Shown: positions 1 through 10,537, numbered from the stretch's first letter. The stretch: 64,000 nucleotides of DNA from Calditrichales bacterium (GCA_965267575.1 OZ254086.1:224001-288000); one strand, 5' to 3'. Numbers and translations: made by a program. The notes: generated by a model not told the origin, from the sequence alone.

Positions 1-579
1 GTCGGAACCAAAAATAAAGCCAAACTAAAGGCCTGTCGCAATGCGCTTAATAAATTAAGCGACGTATTTCCTGAGCTGCCTGATCCGGATGAAATTGAGA
101 TTAATGCTTTTAGTGCAGAATCCGGTGTTGCCGACATGCCTCTCACACTTGACGAATTAAAAACAGGAGCCCGTAACAGGGCTCTTTTTGTTTTAAAACA
201 GCCGGAACTGGCAAACCGCGACATTGATTTTGCCATCGGGATGGAGGGCGGCGTCTATCGGATAGGAGAAGATGGGAGCGCCTTTTTACAAAGTTGGGTA
301 TATGCCTGGCATAATGGTCGCGGCTTTTACGGATGCTCCGCCGGACTGCCCATTCCCGCCGCCATCGCCCGCGAGCTGTTCGAAAATAAAAGGGAGCTGG
401 CTGATGTAATTGACGCCTTCTCCGGCAAAAAGGATGTGCGCTCCAAAGAAGGGGCCTACGGCATCCTGAGCCGCAACATCTATACACGCAGTCACGCCTT
501 CGAAAGCGCCATCGTAAACGCCATGGTGCCCTTTCTCAACCAAACATATTACGGAAATGATTATGAGACCGGACCTTGA
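1..579 (+). CDS. yjjX: Inosine/xanthosine triphosphatase (YjjX family), 5' end outside window
   Basis: Frame 1 is open from base 1 (VGTKNKAKLKAC...SGVADMP); motifs GARNRA, GMEGG and GAYGILS...TRS are typical of the family; adjacent to add. Confidence 0.85.
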   Translation, partial: VGTKNKAKLKACRNALNKLSDVFPELPDPDEIEINAFSAESGVADMPLTLDELKTGARNRALFVLKQPELANRDIDFAIGMEGGVYRIGEDGSAFLQSWVYAWHNGRGFYGCSAGLPIPAAIARELFENKRELADVIDAFSGKKDVRSKEGAYGILSRNIYTRSHAFESAIVNAMVPFLNQTYYGNDYETGP

Positions 580-1591
580 AACAATCAAAAAAATGCCCAA
601 AACCGACCTGCACGTGCACCTCGACGGCAGCCTGCGTATAGACACGGTTCTGGAGCTGGCCGAGCAGCAAAAGATAAAACTGCCGGAAGAAAACCCCGAT
701 AAGCTCAAAAAGATACTGGTACCCGGCATTCACTGTAAAAGCCTGGTGGAATACCTGAAGCCTTTCGACATCACCCTCTCCGTATTGCAGCAGGAAGACG
801 CCCTGCGCCGTGTGGCCTTTGAACTGGCCGAAGACGCGGCAAAGGAAAACGTGTGGCATCTGGAGGTGCGTTACTCCCCTATTCTGCATACACAAAAAGG
901 CCTAAAAATGCCGCAGATTGTGGAAGCGGTTAAAGCCGGACTGAACGAAGCGGAAAAGAAATATCCCATTCAATGCGGGATCATTATCTGCGGCATGCGC
1001 AATATCAATCCGCAAACATCAATGGCACTGGCCGAACTGACGGTAGCCTACAAACACAAAGGGGTTGTCGCTTTTGACCTTGCCGGCGCCGAGGAAAATT
1101 TCCCCGCCAAGGACCACCGCGAAGCTTTTTACCTGACGCTCAATAATAATATCAACTGTACGGCCCATGCCGGCGAAGCTTTCGGCCCGGAAAGCATTCA
1201 CCAGGCGATCCATTACTGCGGTGCCCACCGTATAGGCCACGGCACGCGCCTAAAGGAAGACGGCGATCTGCTGAATTACGTAAACGACCATCGCATCCCC
1301 CTGGAAGTCTGCCTGACCAGCAATATCCAGACCAAGGCCGCCATGAGTTTTGAATCGCATCCGTTAAAATTTTACTACGATTACGGCTTGCGCATCACCA
1401 TCAACACGGACAGCCGGCTTATCTCCGACACAACGGTCTCGCAAGAACTTTACCGCGCGGCCAAATACGCCGATCTGGGCATGGATGATATCAAAAAGAT
1501 TATAATAAGCGGATTTAAAAGTGCCTTTATCCCGATTCGGGAAAAGAAGATTTTGCTAAAGAAGGTACGCGCGGAACTGGAAAAATTTTAG
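557..1591 (+). CDS. add: Adenosine deaminase
   Basis: DLHVHLDGS, HAGEAFGPES, RIGHG and NTD motifs. Confidence 0.93.
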   Translation: MIMRPDLETIKKMPKTDLHVHLDGSLRIDTVLELAEQQKIKLPEENPDKLKKILVPGIHCKSLVEYLKPFDITLSVLQQEDALRRVAFELAEDAAKENVWHLEVRYSPILHTQKGLKMPQIVEAVKAGLNEAEKKYPIQCGIIICGMRNINPQTSMALAELTVAYKHKGVVAFDLAGAEENFPAKDHREAFYLTLNNNINCTAHAGEAFGPESIHQAIHYCGAHRIGHGTRLKEDGDLLNYVNDHRIPLEVCLTSNIQTKAAMSFESHPLKFYYDYGLRITINTDSRLISDTTVSQELYRAAKYADLGMDDIKKIIISGFKSAFIPIREKKILLKKVRAELEKF

Positions 1592-1818
1592 CTTTTCCAC
1601 AGCTCCTTCAGGCGCTTACGGATACGCGCCATCCAGCCCGGTTTGAACAAAGCGATGGCCAGCAGAAGGAATAAGAAGCCCGGCAGGATCGGGATAACAA
1701 AGCCCAAAAGCGCCAAAAGCAGCAACAGAAAGGCCCAGCTGTATTTTTTGCGGGAGAAAGAACGGATGTCTTCAGATAGGGGCTTTTTCCAGGATTGCAT
1801 GGATTGATTATTATTCAT
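1588..1818 (-). CDS. Small membrane protein, unknown function
   Basis: 76 aa ORF with a hydrophobic hairpin (LGFVIPILPG), co-oriented just downstream of bshC. Confidence 0.6.
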   Translation of the reverse strand: MNNNQSMQSWKKPLSEDIRSFSRKKYSWAFLLLLLALLGFVIPILPGFLFLLLAIALFKPGWMARIRKRLKELWKS

Positions 1819-1836
1819 ATGGTTTCGTCTCGGTTT

Positions 1837-3453
1837 TCACAACTGTACGCATTGATGCTTCGAAAAGTTCTCCATATTTAGCTGCTGTTGCAGTGTTTCG
1901 ATAAAGCCCCTGCCATATTTATTAAAAAAGTAAACAGCGCCCAAAACACGCTCCTGTGGCGCGTTGCCCGGCAGCAAGGCTTCATGTAAGGCGCGCAGGT
2001 GTTTTTGGGTCTGCTTTTCCTTTTCTTCAACCCGTTGTAACAGACGCCCCTGAAATTTCTCCAGATTGTGCTGCATGCTCTGAAACGTTTTTTCCAGCGG
2101 CTTTTGCATAGTGGGGTCAATCTCATCCACAAAGGCGGACAATTTTTCCTGCGTCTCGCCGGCCATTCTATTGTATTCATCAAACAGACGGGTTAAGCCG
2201 GAGTAGGCCCGTTTACTGAAATAGTCCTGCAGAAACTCTTCCACATCCGCGGGTATCTCCATCACATCAAGATCGTATTTTTCCAGCAGACGCTCGGTCT
2301 TTGGCTCCAGGAGTGTTACACTATGGCGCGGCTGAATGTGCGGCATCTCCAGTCCAAAAAGATCAAAAGCCGGTTTAAGCTGCGCCCAGTATGCCACTTC
2401 AGCAGGACCGGCCACATACGAAATCGTCGGCAACAGGTAAGATTGCCATAAGGGTCGCGTCAGCACCGTCGAGGAAAACCACTGCGGATTCTCGTCAAGC
2501 ATTTTCAGCATGTCCGATTGCGAAAACGCTTTGTCGTGGTCTTTGAGACGGAAACCGTCCTCCCGGCGAAGAAGCGCCTCGCGGCCACCGCCCTGATAGC
2601 TTACAAAAAGCCAGGCTCGGTCCTCGAGGAAATGGACCTGGTTGTCATACCCCGCATCCTGCACTTTTTGTGATTGCTCGCGGAAGGCGGCGCACATGGC
2701 ATCATTTTCCGCAAGTGTTCCGGCGAAGAAATCCCTGCTAGATTGCTTGATAGATGTGCTGCCGTTATTAAAGTGCAACAAACCGCTGCCGCGCAGGATG
2801 TAGTGTAAAAGTTCCGAAAACGCCTGCAGCCAGTTTTTGCCCGGCTGCCAGGCATCGCGCAGTTTTTGCAAAAGCTCCGCTTTGAAATCCGTCTCCTGAA
2901 GGCTGTTTTCAATTTCATCAAGGACCGCTTTTATTTCTTCCGGCACCTCGCGGCGGTTCAGCGAATAGCCTTTGTGACGCGTATCTTCTTCAAGTTGCCA
3001 GCGACGCAGTTCATTTTTTTCATCCCAAAGCGCCATTTTGGCCACTTCCTCAAAATCGTGATCTTCACCTTCCAGCCAGAACATCGGTAGAACCGTGTAG
3101 CCATTCAGTTCTTTATCCAGCTTTGCTGCCAGCTTTACGGCGGTAAGTGCCTTGTAAATCACGTAAAGCGGCGATACAGTCATGCCCAGTTGCTGTCCGC
3201 TGACGACAAAAAGAGTCTTGCCCTTTTCAATGCGCTCAAGGTTTTCTTTTAAGGCGGGATCGTTTTCTGCGGCCGCCTCGTTCTGCCTGATCACCTCGTC
3301 CAACACTTCGTTCTTTTTATGCTTGTCCAAAACGCCTTTGGCTAACTCCGTCCATTGCGGTCGGAGCGGTTGCGCGTAAAGCCTGCGTACTTTTTCCTTT
3401 TGATCAATATAATCCTGGTTTTGTTCGTTTTGGCCGTAAAATGCGGGATTCAT
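1837..3453 (-). CDS. bshC: Bacillithiol biosynthesis cysteine-adding enzyme BshC
   Basis: VVSGQQ...PLYVIYKA, PMFWLEGEDHDFEEV, YVAGPAEVAYWAQLK and PQERV motifs; 538 aa. Confidence 0.92.
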   Translation of the reverse strand: MNPAFYGQNEQNQDYIDQKEKVRRLYAQPLRPQWTELAKGVLDKHKKNEVLDEVIRQNEAAAENDPALKENLERIEKGKTLFVVSGQQLGMTVSPLYVIYKALTAVKLAAKLDKELNGYTVLPMFWLEGEDHDFEEVAKMALWDEKNELRRWQLEEDTRHKGYSLNRREVPEEIKAVLDEIENSLQETDFKAELLQKLRDAWQPGKNWLQAFSELLHYILRGSGLLHFNNGSTSIKQSSRDFFAGTLAENDAMCAAFREQSQKVQDAGYDNQVHFLEDRAWLFVSYQGGGREALLRREDGFRLKDHDKAFSQSDMLKMLDENPQWFSSTVLTRPLWQSYLLPTISYVAGPAEVAYWAQLKPAFDLFGLEMPHIQPRHSVTLLEPKTERLLEKYDLDVMEIPADVEEFLQDYFSKRAYSGLTRLFDEYNRMAGETQEKLSAFVDEIDPTMQKPLEKTFQSMQHNLEKFQGRLLQRVEEKEKQTQKHLRALHEALLPGNAPQERVLGAVYFFNKYGRGFIETLQQQLNMENFSKHQCVQL

Positions 3454-4202
3454 TATGCTTTCTCTTTCCGCGCAAACAGGATCATGCGCTTGCTTTCTTT
3501 TTTAAAAGGTGAGCCGTCGTATGAGCCGCAGACCTTATTTACCTTCAGGTGATTGCGCGCCAGCATCTCCTGTAATTCCTGCAGTTCAAACATGCGTACA
3601 GATTCGTGGAAGTCCCGGATCTCCCCGCTGTCTTCAATGCGTATATTTTTATGAACGCGTCCACCGGATATCCAGCGCTCCTCTTGCACTTCCACCTCTC
3701 CCACCAGGCGCGCGCCTTGAGAAACCAAATTCGAACGTACATATTCCGGATTGAAGTAATCGATCACAAACTCTCCGCCCTCTTTCAAACTGCGCGCAAT
3801 TTCCCCGGCCACCAGTGTATGCTGGCTGTCATCTTCAAAGTAGCCAAACGAGGTGAATAAACTGACAATGGCATCAAAATGAATATCGAAGGGGAAAAAA
3901 CGCATATCGGCGCAGACAAAAGCAGGGTTTTTTTGAGAGGCATCCATGTTTTGGCGGGCTTCCAGCAGCAGGCGCAGCGACAGATCCAGCCCAAGGACGC
4001 GACAGCCTCTTTCGGCCAGGGCAAAAGCGTGGCGCCCGGTGCCGCAGGCTAGGTCCAATACAAACGCCCCCGGCCCGATATCCGAACCATCGAGAATCAG
4101 CTTTATCAGTCGGCGGGCATCATCGGCATCACGGTGCTTGTAAACCGTAAGATAATCTTCGCCAAACCACTCTTTGTACCAGTTTTTTTTATAGCCAGCC
4201 AT
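3453..4202 (-). CDS. Class I SAM-dependent methyltransferase
   Basis: VLDLACGTGRH and SLFTSFGYF motifs; probable ATG at 4202 (MAGYKKNWYKEWF); stop overlaps the bshC start. Confidence 0.88.
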   Translation of the reverse strand: MAGYKKNWYKEWFGEDYLTVYKHRDADDARRLIKLILDGSDIGPGAFVLDLACGTGRHAFALAERGCRVLGLDLSLRLLLEARQNMDASQKNPAFVCADMRFFPFDIHFDAIVSLFTSFGYFEDDSQHTLVAGEIARSLKEGGEFVIDYFNPEYVRSNLVSQGARLVGEVEVQEERWISGGRVHKNIRIEDSGEIRDFHESVRMFELQELQEMLARNHLKVNKVCGSYDGSPFKKESKRMILFARKEKA

Positions 4203-5169
4203 GCTGCTTATACCAGGCCAGTGTCTCTTTAATGCCCTGTTCCAGGCTGATTGTCTCGTCGAAATCCAGCAGCACACGGGCTTTACGGCTGCTGCAAATC
4301 CAGAAATCGGGTTCCATCTCCAAAACCTTCTGGCGGTTAATGATCGTGCTGCTGCCGCTGATTTTCGCAATGCCTTCAGAAATCCCTGCTATGGCGCGTA
4401 CCAGGGGCATCGGCACAGGAACTTCTATGGCTTTTTTGCCCAGCACCTGCATGACAATGTGCGCGATTTCGCGCCAGGCCACCGGCCTTTTATTGGCGAC
4501 AAAAAATATCTCCCCTGCTGCCTTATCGTTTGTAGCCGCCAGCATTAGCCCTTTAACCAGGTCATCAACATGGATAATGCTGGTATATTTGTCCTGTCCT
4601 CCCACTTTCGGGACAATGCCCATTTTGACCGTTTTAAAAAATTCCAAAACATCTGTGTCCCTCGGTCCGTAGACAACGGGTGGCAAAACAACCGTCCAGG
4701 AAAGTTTTTTTCCTTCGGATTGCAGATAGCGCTGCGCCTTCAGTTTGCTGTGGCCGTAGTCCGTCAGCGGTCGGGGAATACTTTCTTCGTCGATGGGCTC
4801 CAATCCGGCGCTTGGGCCGTAGGCAGCCTGCGTGCCGGTAAAAACAAGGCGCTTCAGTTTACGATTGTTTTGCAACAGCGCGTCAACAAGGTTCTTTGTG
4901 GCTGTAAAATTGCCTTCTTCGTAGGCGCTGCTGTCGCGGCCCTTGGTAATACCGGCAAGGTGATAGACAACATCCATATCCTTAACAAGCGGATCAAGCG
5001 TTTCACGGCGGGTCAGTTCCCCGTAAACGAGTCGCACGTTAAGATCGGAAATCCAGCGCAGGTTACTGGAAGAGCGGACCAGGCAAAATACTTCGTGTTT
5101 CTGGCCGGAAAGCTGTTCGGCAAGGGCGCTGCCGATAAAGCCGGTGGCGCCTGTAATTAAAATTTTCAT
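4189..5169 (-). CDS. NAD-dependent epimerase/dehydratase (extended SDR); candidate ceramide reductase
   Basis: TGATGFIG Rossmann motif, YGHSK catalytic YxxxK, VYGPRD. Confidence 0.85.
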   Translation of the reverse strand: MKILITGATGFIGSALAEQLSGQKHEVFCLVRSSSNLRWISDLNVRLVYGELTRRETLDPLVKDMDVVYHLAGITKGRDSSAYEEGNFTATKNLVDALLQNNRKLKRLVFTGTQAAYGPSAGLEPIDEESIPRPLTDYGHSKLKAQRYLQSEGKKLSWTVVLPPVVYGPRDTDVLEFFKTVKMGIVPKVGGQDKYTSIIHVDDLVKGLMLAATNDKAAGEIFFVANKRPVAWREIAHIVMQVLGKKAIEVPVPMPLVRAIAGISEGIAKISGSSTIINRQKVLEMEPDFWICSSRKARVLLDFDETISLEQGIKETLAWYKQHGWL

Positions 5170-5364
5170 TATATTTTATTTTTCCATTATCTTAGGGCTT
5201 GAAAATCGTGGAAAGTATCAATATATCAAAGCTCTACGTTAGCATTTGAGTTTAAAAAAGTTTGCACATTTTGGCAAACGCTTTTCGTAAATTGATGCGT
5301 TTCCCGAACGACCAAACTCGACCGACTATTTATAAGGAAATAGACGTTATACCGCGGAGGCTTT

Positions 5365-6552
5365 GTGGATATATTCACCAAGTGCAAGGAATACACGCGT
5401 GCTAAAGAAGCGATAGAGTCGGGGAATTTCCCCTATTTCATTCCGATTTCCGGTAATGATGGTCCTGTTGTAAAAATGAACGGTCACGAAGTAATTATGA
5501 TTGGTTCCAATAATTACCTCGGCCTTACGCAGGATCCACGTGTAATTGAAGCAGCAACAGAAGCTACACGAAAGTATGGCACCAGTTGCTCCGGATCGCG
5601 CTTTCTGAACGGTACGCTGGACTTACATATCAAGCTGGAAGAAGAGATCGCCCGTGTGATGAAGCGCGAAAAAGCGCTCATTTTCAGTACCGGCTACCAG
5701 ACCAACCTGGGCGCCATCTCTACGCTGGCCGGCAAAGACGACATAATCATCATCGATAAGTCCGACCACTCATCGATTTATACGGGAACCCGCGCCAGTT
5801 TCGGCGCCACTGTTAAACGCTATCGACATAACGACATGGAAGACCTGGAAAGGGTGATGTCCCAGCTTGAGCCGGACAAGGGCAAGCTGATCGTGAGCGA
5901 CGGTGTTTTCAGCATGGAAGGCGACCTGGTGCATCTTGGCGACCTGACGCGTATCGCCAAAAAATATAATGCCCGCGTCTACATAGATGAAGCCCACGGC
6001 GTTGGCGTCATGGGCAAAAACGGGCGTGGCAGCTGCGAATACCTTGGTCATGAGGAAGAAGTCGACCTGATCATGAGCACGTTCAGTAAATCGTTCGCGT
6101 CACTCGGCGGCTTTGTAGCTGGCCCGGCCGTCGTTATTGATTATTTGAAACACACCGCCAGTTCATTGATCTTCAGCGCCGCGCCGACACCGGCAGCCAC
6201 GGCCGCTGCCATGACATCATTAAAGATCATCGAGACCGAGCCGGAGCGCCGCGAACGCCTGCTGCAGATTGGCCACTATATGCGTAAGGAGCTGCAAAAC
6301 CTGGGCTTCGATACCGGTGAAAGCAATAGCACGCCCATCGTTCCGATTTATATTGGCGATGATGGTAAAACCTTTTACTTCTGGCGCCGATTGTTTGAAG
6401 AAGGCATCTATGTTAACGCCGTTGTAAGCCCTGCCGTGGCACCGGATAAAGCCTTGTTGCGAACAAGCTACATGGCCGTGCATACCGATGACCTTTTGGA
6501 CAAGTGCCTCGAAATGATGAACAAAATCGGCAAAGAGATCGGTGTCATCTGA
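5365..6552 (+). CDS. spt: PLP-dependent alpha-oxoamine synthase, probably serine palmitoyltransferase
   Basis: GSNNYLGL, GSRFLNGT, DGVFSMEGD, DEAHG and STFSKSFASLGG (SPT-like PLP-lysine motif); next gene is bCerS-like. Confidence 0.75.
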   Translation: MDIFTKCKEYTRAKEAIESGNFPYFIPISGNDGPVVKMNGHEVIMIGSNNYLGLTQDPRVIEAATEATRKYGTSCSGSRFLNGTLDLHIKLEEEIARVMKREKALIFSTGYQTNLGAISTLAGKDDIIIIDKSDHSSIYTGTRASFGATVKRYRHNDMEDLERVMSQLEPDKGKLIVSDGVFSMEGDLVHLGDLTRIAKKYNARVYIDEAHGVGVMGKNGRGSCEYLGHEEEVDLIMSTFSKSFASLGGFVAGPAVVIDYLKHTASSLIFSAAPTPAATAAAMTSLKIIETEPERRERLLQIGHYMRKELQNLGFDTGESNSTPIVPIYIGDDGKTFYFWRRLFEEGIYVNAVVSPAVAPDKALLRTSYMAVHTDDLLDKCLEMMNKIGKEIGVI

Positions 6553-7682
6553 TGGCAGTAACCGTAAAGCAGGTTTCCGGTAAAAAGGGGAAAAAGGCCT
6601 TCATTGATTATGAATGGACGGCCAACAAAAAGACTGAGAACTGGGTAAGCCCCCTGCGCATGGACAGGCAAAAAACGCTGGACACGGACAAAAACCCCTT
6701 TTTTGAGCATGCCGAGATTGCCTTATTCCTCGCTTATAAAGAAGATCGCATTTGCGGTCGGATCGCTGCAATCGTAAATAGAAACCACAATGTTTTCCAC
6801 AACGATGATGCCGGCTTTTGGGGTTTTTTTGACTGCGAGAACGACCAGCAGACGGCCGATGCCCTTTTTGATGCCGCAGGCCAGTGGCTGGAGAATAACA
6901 ATAAAAGCGAGATGATCGGACCTGTCGACCCTTCCACAAACGATCCTGCCGGCATGCTGATAGACGGATTTGACAGCCCGCCGTTTGTATTGATGCGCCA
7001 TAACCCGCCCTACTATCCTGAGCTTTGTGAAAACTACGGCATGGCCAAAGCCAAAGATCTTTACGCCTGGTATCTTGGTACGGAAGAAGCGTTTAACAAC
7101 ATCACGGAAAAGATGGAACGCGTTGCCGGCAAGATCATGGATAAGTACAATCTGACGATCCGCAATATCAAGCTCAAAGAATTAGACCAGGAGATCCTGA
7201 AAGTTAAAGAAGTATACAACAACGCCTGGAGCAAAAACTGGGGCTTTGTACCTTTCACCGATGCCGAGATAAACCACATCGCCGACGACTTGAAGCAGAT
7301 CGCCGACGAAGATTTGCTGTTCATGGCCGAAAAAGAAGGCAAGCCAATCGGCTTTAGCATCACACTGCCAAATATCAATGAAGTCCTGGCACGTATTCCG
7401 GATGGCAAATTGTTTCCTTCCGGCATCTTTAAGCTGCTTACCGGCCTCAAAAAGATCGAAACCGTTCGGGTTTTGATTTTAGGGGTTAACAAAGAATATC
7501 AGTTTCTGGGGCTGGGTTCTATATTCTACATACGCACGATTAAGAGAGCCTACGAAAAGGGCTACAAGGCCGGCGAAATGTCCTGGATCCTGGAAGACAA
7601 TCTTACCATGAACCGGGCGATAGAATCTTTGGGTTCCAAACTCTATAAAAAATACCGTATCTACGGCTATTCGCTGAAATAA
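6552..7682 (+). CDS. GNAT-fold acyltransferase resembling bacterial ceramide synthase bCerS
   Basis: WVSPL...NPFFEHA...GRIAA...GFWGFFDC...HNPPYY...NNAWSKNWGFVP...EMSWILEDN pattern; ATG overlaps the upstream stop (TGATG). Confidence 0.7.
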   Translation: MAVTVKQVSGKKGKKAFIDYEWTANKKTENWVSPLRMDRQKTLDTDKNPFFEHAEIALFLAYKEDRICGRIAAIVNRNHNVFHNDDAGFWGFFDCENDQQTADALFDAAGQWLENNNKSEMIGPVDPSTNDPAGMLIDGFDSPPFVLMRHNPPYYPELCENYGMAKAKDLYAWYLGTEEAFNNITEKMERVAGKIMDKYNLTIRNIKLKELDQEILKVKEVYNNAWSKNWGFVPFTDAEINHIADDLKQIADEDLLFMAEKEGKPIGFSITLPNINEVLARIPDGKLFPSGIFKLLTGLKKIETVRVLILGVNKEYQFLGLGSIFYIRTIKRAYEKGYKAGEMSWILEDNLTMNRAIESLGSKLYKKYRIYGYSLK

Positions 7683-7710
7683 AAAAGCCCGGCATTCAAC
7701 CGGGCTTTTT
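7681..7710. terminator. Bidirectional intrinsic terminator
   Basis: AAAAAAGCCCGG-cattcaa-CCGGGCTTTTT between convergent genes. Confidence 0.85.
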
Positions 7711-7713
7711 ATG

Positions 7714-8538
7714 TCAGTTATAATTCTCTTTATCGTGCTCGCGTAAATAGCGGCTACCTTCATCAAGCAAGCGCTTTTCCTCATCCGACAAGTTCAAATA
7801 TCCCACGCGATTGATCTTGTCCAGCAATTCATCAATCACTTTACGGTAGTATTCATATTTGTCATCATCGCCGCCGCCTTTGGTGAATTTCATATTCGAC
7901 GAAGACGATTTGCTACTGCCCGTGTTCTGCAAAAATGACTTCAATTTATAATGGATTTGCCAGTATTTGAGATAGACAAAACCGACCACGGCGCCGCCAA
8001 GGTGCGCGGCATGGGCGATGTTGGAGGCCGATGAGCCGACCGTCATGAACAACGAGAGCAGCACCAGAAAACCCATCAGATACTTCACCTTAACCGGGAA
8101 AAGAAAATAAAGATATACCAGGCGATCCGGATACTTGATAGCGTAAGCTGCCATTACCCCGTAAACCGCGGCCGATGCACCGACTGTGGGCGCGCCAGAG
8201 AGGAACAGGTTAAAAACACCGCCACCAATACCGGTGATAAAATAGTATTTCAGAAAATCCTTGGTGCCCCATTCATATTCCAGCTCGGTGCCAAACATCC
8301 ACAAAATGAACATGTTGAAAAAAATGTGGGTGAAGTTACCATGCAAAAACATGTAGGTAACAATCTGCCAGATTTTGAAGTCCCCGAAAACACCCTCTGA
8401 GCTTAGCGCGAACTGTTCAAGAATAACAGAACCGATAGGCATGAAGTAGGTGATAATGAAGAGCACGCCATTGGCATAAAGCAAATTCTTGATGGCCGGT
8501 GTTAGCCTGCCGCCCATGCCTAAACGATGTTGATCCAT
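7714..8538 (-). CDS. Rhomboid family intramembrane serine protease
   Basis: TYMFLH, HIFFNM, GASAA (catalytic Ser), AHLGG; soluble C-terminal tail. Confidence 0.92.
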   Translation of the reverse strand: MDQHRLGMGGRLTPAIKNLLYANGVLFIITYFMPIGSVILEQFALSSEGVFGDFKIWQIVTYMFLHGNFTHIFFNMFILWMFGTELEYEWGTKDFLKYYFITGIGGGVFNLFLSGAPTVGASAAVYGVMAAYAIKYPDRLVYLYFLFPVKVKYLMGFLVLLSLFMTVGSSASNIAHAAHLGGAVVGFVYLKYWQIHYKLKSFLQNTGSSKSSSSNMKFTKGGGDDDKYEYYRKVIDELLDKINRVGYLNLSDEEKRLLDEGSRYLREHDKENYN

Positions 8539-8613
8539 AAAAATTACCTGTTAAAACACTTTCATAAAGTAAAAGATAGAAGCATTACCTCTGTTATGAT
8601 ATTCCCGCCGCGC

Positions 8614-10044
8614 TTAGTATGCCTTGGCGAAAATCACCCTTCCGTCGGATTCTTTTCCGCAACAGATACATTTTCCTTTTTCCTGCGGCCGGTCAAAAGG
8701 GATACAACGGATTGTCGCTTTTGTTTCTTCTTTTATTTTTGTTTCACATTCGGCGCTGCCACACCAATGGCAATTGAGAAAACCACCCTCGCTGTCGACC
8801 CGTTTTTTAAACTCGTTATAATCATCGATATCATAAGTATGATCTTCACGAAATTTGCGTGCTTTTTCCAGCATATCGGTTTGCATTTGCTTTAATTCCC
8901 GCTCTACGCGATCGGCAATTCCTTCGCGGGGCACAAATTGCTTCTCTTTGGTGTCGCGCCGTGCCAGAACAAGCTGGTCTTTTTCCACGTCTTTGGGGCC
9001 GATTTCTATGCGGATCGGTATGCCTTGTATTTCCCATTCGGCAAATTTATAGCCCGGCTTGTATTGCTCACGATCGTCAAAGATGACCGTATGCTTTTCC
9101 TTAAGCTGAGCGTGGATCGAATCGGCAAATTCCAGAACGCGCTTTTTGTCTTCATCCCCGCGGTAGATAGGCACGATCACTACCTGGCGCTGGGCCAGTT
9201 TGGGAGGAATCACCAGCCCGTCGTCATCACTGTGCGTCATGATCAGCGCGCCGATCAGCCGTGTGCTTACACCCCACGATGTGGCGTAAACATATTTGCG
9301 CTCGCCATCCTGGTCCTGATACTGCACATCAAAAGCTTTGGCAAAATTCTGGCCCAGGTTATGCGATGTGCCGGCCTGGAGTGCTTTTTTATCCTGCATC
9401 ATCGCTTCAATGCAGTAAGTATGCAGCGCGCCGGCAAATTTTTCGGAATCGGATTTTTTACCGGCAATAACGGGGATGGCCAGGTAATCTTCAGCAAATT
9501 TTTTATACACATTGAGCATGCGGACGGTTTCTTCTTCGGCCTCTTCGGGCGTGGCGTGGGCCGTGTGCCCTTCCTGCCACAAGAACTCCGATGTGCGCAA
9601 AAAAAGACGCGTGCGCATTTCCCAGCGCATCACATTGGCCCACTGGTTAATCAATATAGGCAGGTCACGATAGCTCATGATCCATTTTTTGTACATGCTC
9701 CAGATGATCGTTTCTGAAGTAGGACGAATATAGAGGTTCTCCTCCAGTTTCTGCCCGCCACCATGGGTAACAACGGCACACTCCGGCGCAAAGCCTTCCA
9801 CGTGCTCAGCCTCTTTCTGCATAAAGCTTTCAGGGATCAGCAAGGGGAAATAGGCATTTACGTGCCCCGTTTCCTTAAACATGCGATCCAGGTTTTGCTG
9901 GATTTTTTCCCAGATGGCGTAGCCGTTGGGCCGGATGACCATCGAGCCTTTAACGGGTGAATAATCCGCCATCTGTGCCTGGATGACGACATCCGTGTAC
10001 CATCTGGAATAGTCTTCTGAGCGTTTGGTAATATTTTTGGCCAT
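8614..10044 (-). CDS. proS: Prolyl-tRNA synthetase (archaeal/eukaryote-like type)
   Basis: [35 protein letters not shown]-terminal Zn domain ending FAKAY. Confidence 0.97.
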   Translation of the reverse strand: MAKNITKRSEDYSRWYTDVVIQAQMADYSPVKGSMVIRPNGYAIWEKIQQNLDRMFKETGHVNAYFPLLIPESFMQKEAEHVEGFAPECAVVTHGGGQKLEENLYIRPTSETIIWSMYKKWIMSYRDLPILINQWANVMRWEMRTRLFLRTSEFLWQEGHTAHATPEEAEEETVRMLNVYKKFAEDYLAIPVIAGKKSDSEKFAGALHTYCIEAMMQDKKALQAGTSHNLGQNFAKAFDVQYQDQDGERKYVYATSWGVSTRLIGALIMTHSDDDGLVIPPKLAQRQVVIVPIYRGDEDKKRVLEFADSIHAQLKEKHTVIFDDREQYKPGYKFAEWEIQGIPIRIEIGPKDVEKDQLVLARRDTKEKQFVPREGIADRVERELKQMQTDMLEKARKFREDHTYDIDDYNEFKKRVDSEGGFLNCHWCGSAECETKIKEETKATIRCIPFDRPQEKGKCICCGKESDGRVIFAKAY

Positions 10045-10145
10045 TACAAAAATCCGTTTGTTTTAAAATGATTGTTTAACATGTAAGCGGTGCATTTCCG
10101 GCGGAGCGGGAAGCTCGCATGGCGTGACGCCCAAGTTTAGAGTAG

Positions 10146-10219
10146 TACGCCCGGAGGGAATCGAACCCCCAACCTTTGGAACCGGAATCCAACGCTCTAT
10201 CCAATTGAGCTACGGGCGC
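10146..10219 (-). tRNA. tRNA-Arg(CCG); CCA end not encoded
   Basis: Reverse complement GCGCCCGTAGCTCAATTGGATAGAGCGTTGGATTCCGGTTCCAAAGGTTGGGGGTTCGATTCCCTCCGGGCGTA folds as a cloverleaf with anticodon CCG; followed by CTA. Confidence 0.95.
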
Positions 10220-10444
10220 ATTTTTTGGTTTCAATCGAACTGTGTAATTTATTGGCTTCCTCGTTTTATGTCAAGCAAGATCGGGGGCTTAACAGACGGG
10301 CAAAAAGGTCTGACTTATCCATCTCTAGAAATGCGGCTAGGCGCTTTGCTGAGACGCAAAATCTTGCGTCTCTATGTTTCATATTTTACGAACAATGGTA
10401 AACAGCGGGCCACTATACAAAAAGGCCCACACACAAACCTCGCA

Positions 10445-10495
10445 ACTTCAAGACTTCAAGACTTCAAGACTTCAAGACCTCAAGACCTCAAGACC
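10445..10495. repeat. Octamer tandem repeat (ACTTCAAG x4, ACCTCAAG x2)
   Basis: Read directly; followed by a degenerate hexamer run at 10499-10537. Confidence 0.9.
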
Positions 10496-10537
10496 AAATA
10501 TGATAAAGATAATGAGAACGATAATGAAAAAGATTAT

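Noticed and set aside
4203-4370. N-terminal extension of the methyltransferase in the ORF track
   Set aside because: Overlaps the epimerase gene; ATG at 4202 fits the family N-terminus
10146-10219. tRNA-Arg as an integration site
   Set aside because: No adjacent integrase and no duplicated tRNA 3' end seen in the window
10445-10495. Short repeats as a CRISPR array
   Set aside because: Units are 8 bp and contiguous with no spacers; no cas genes seen
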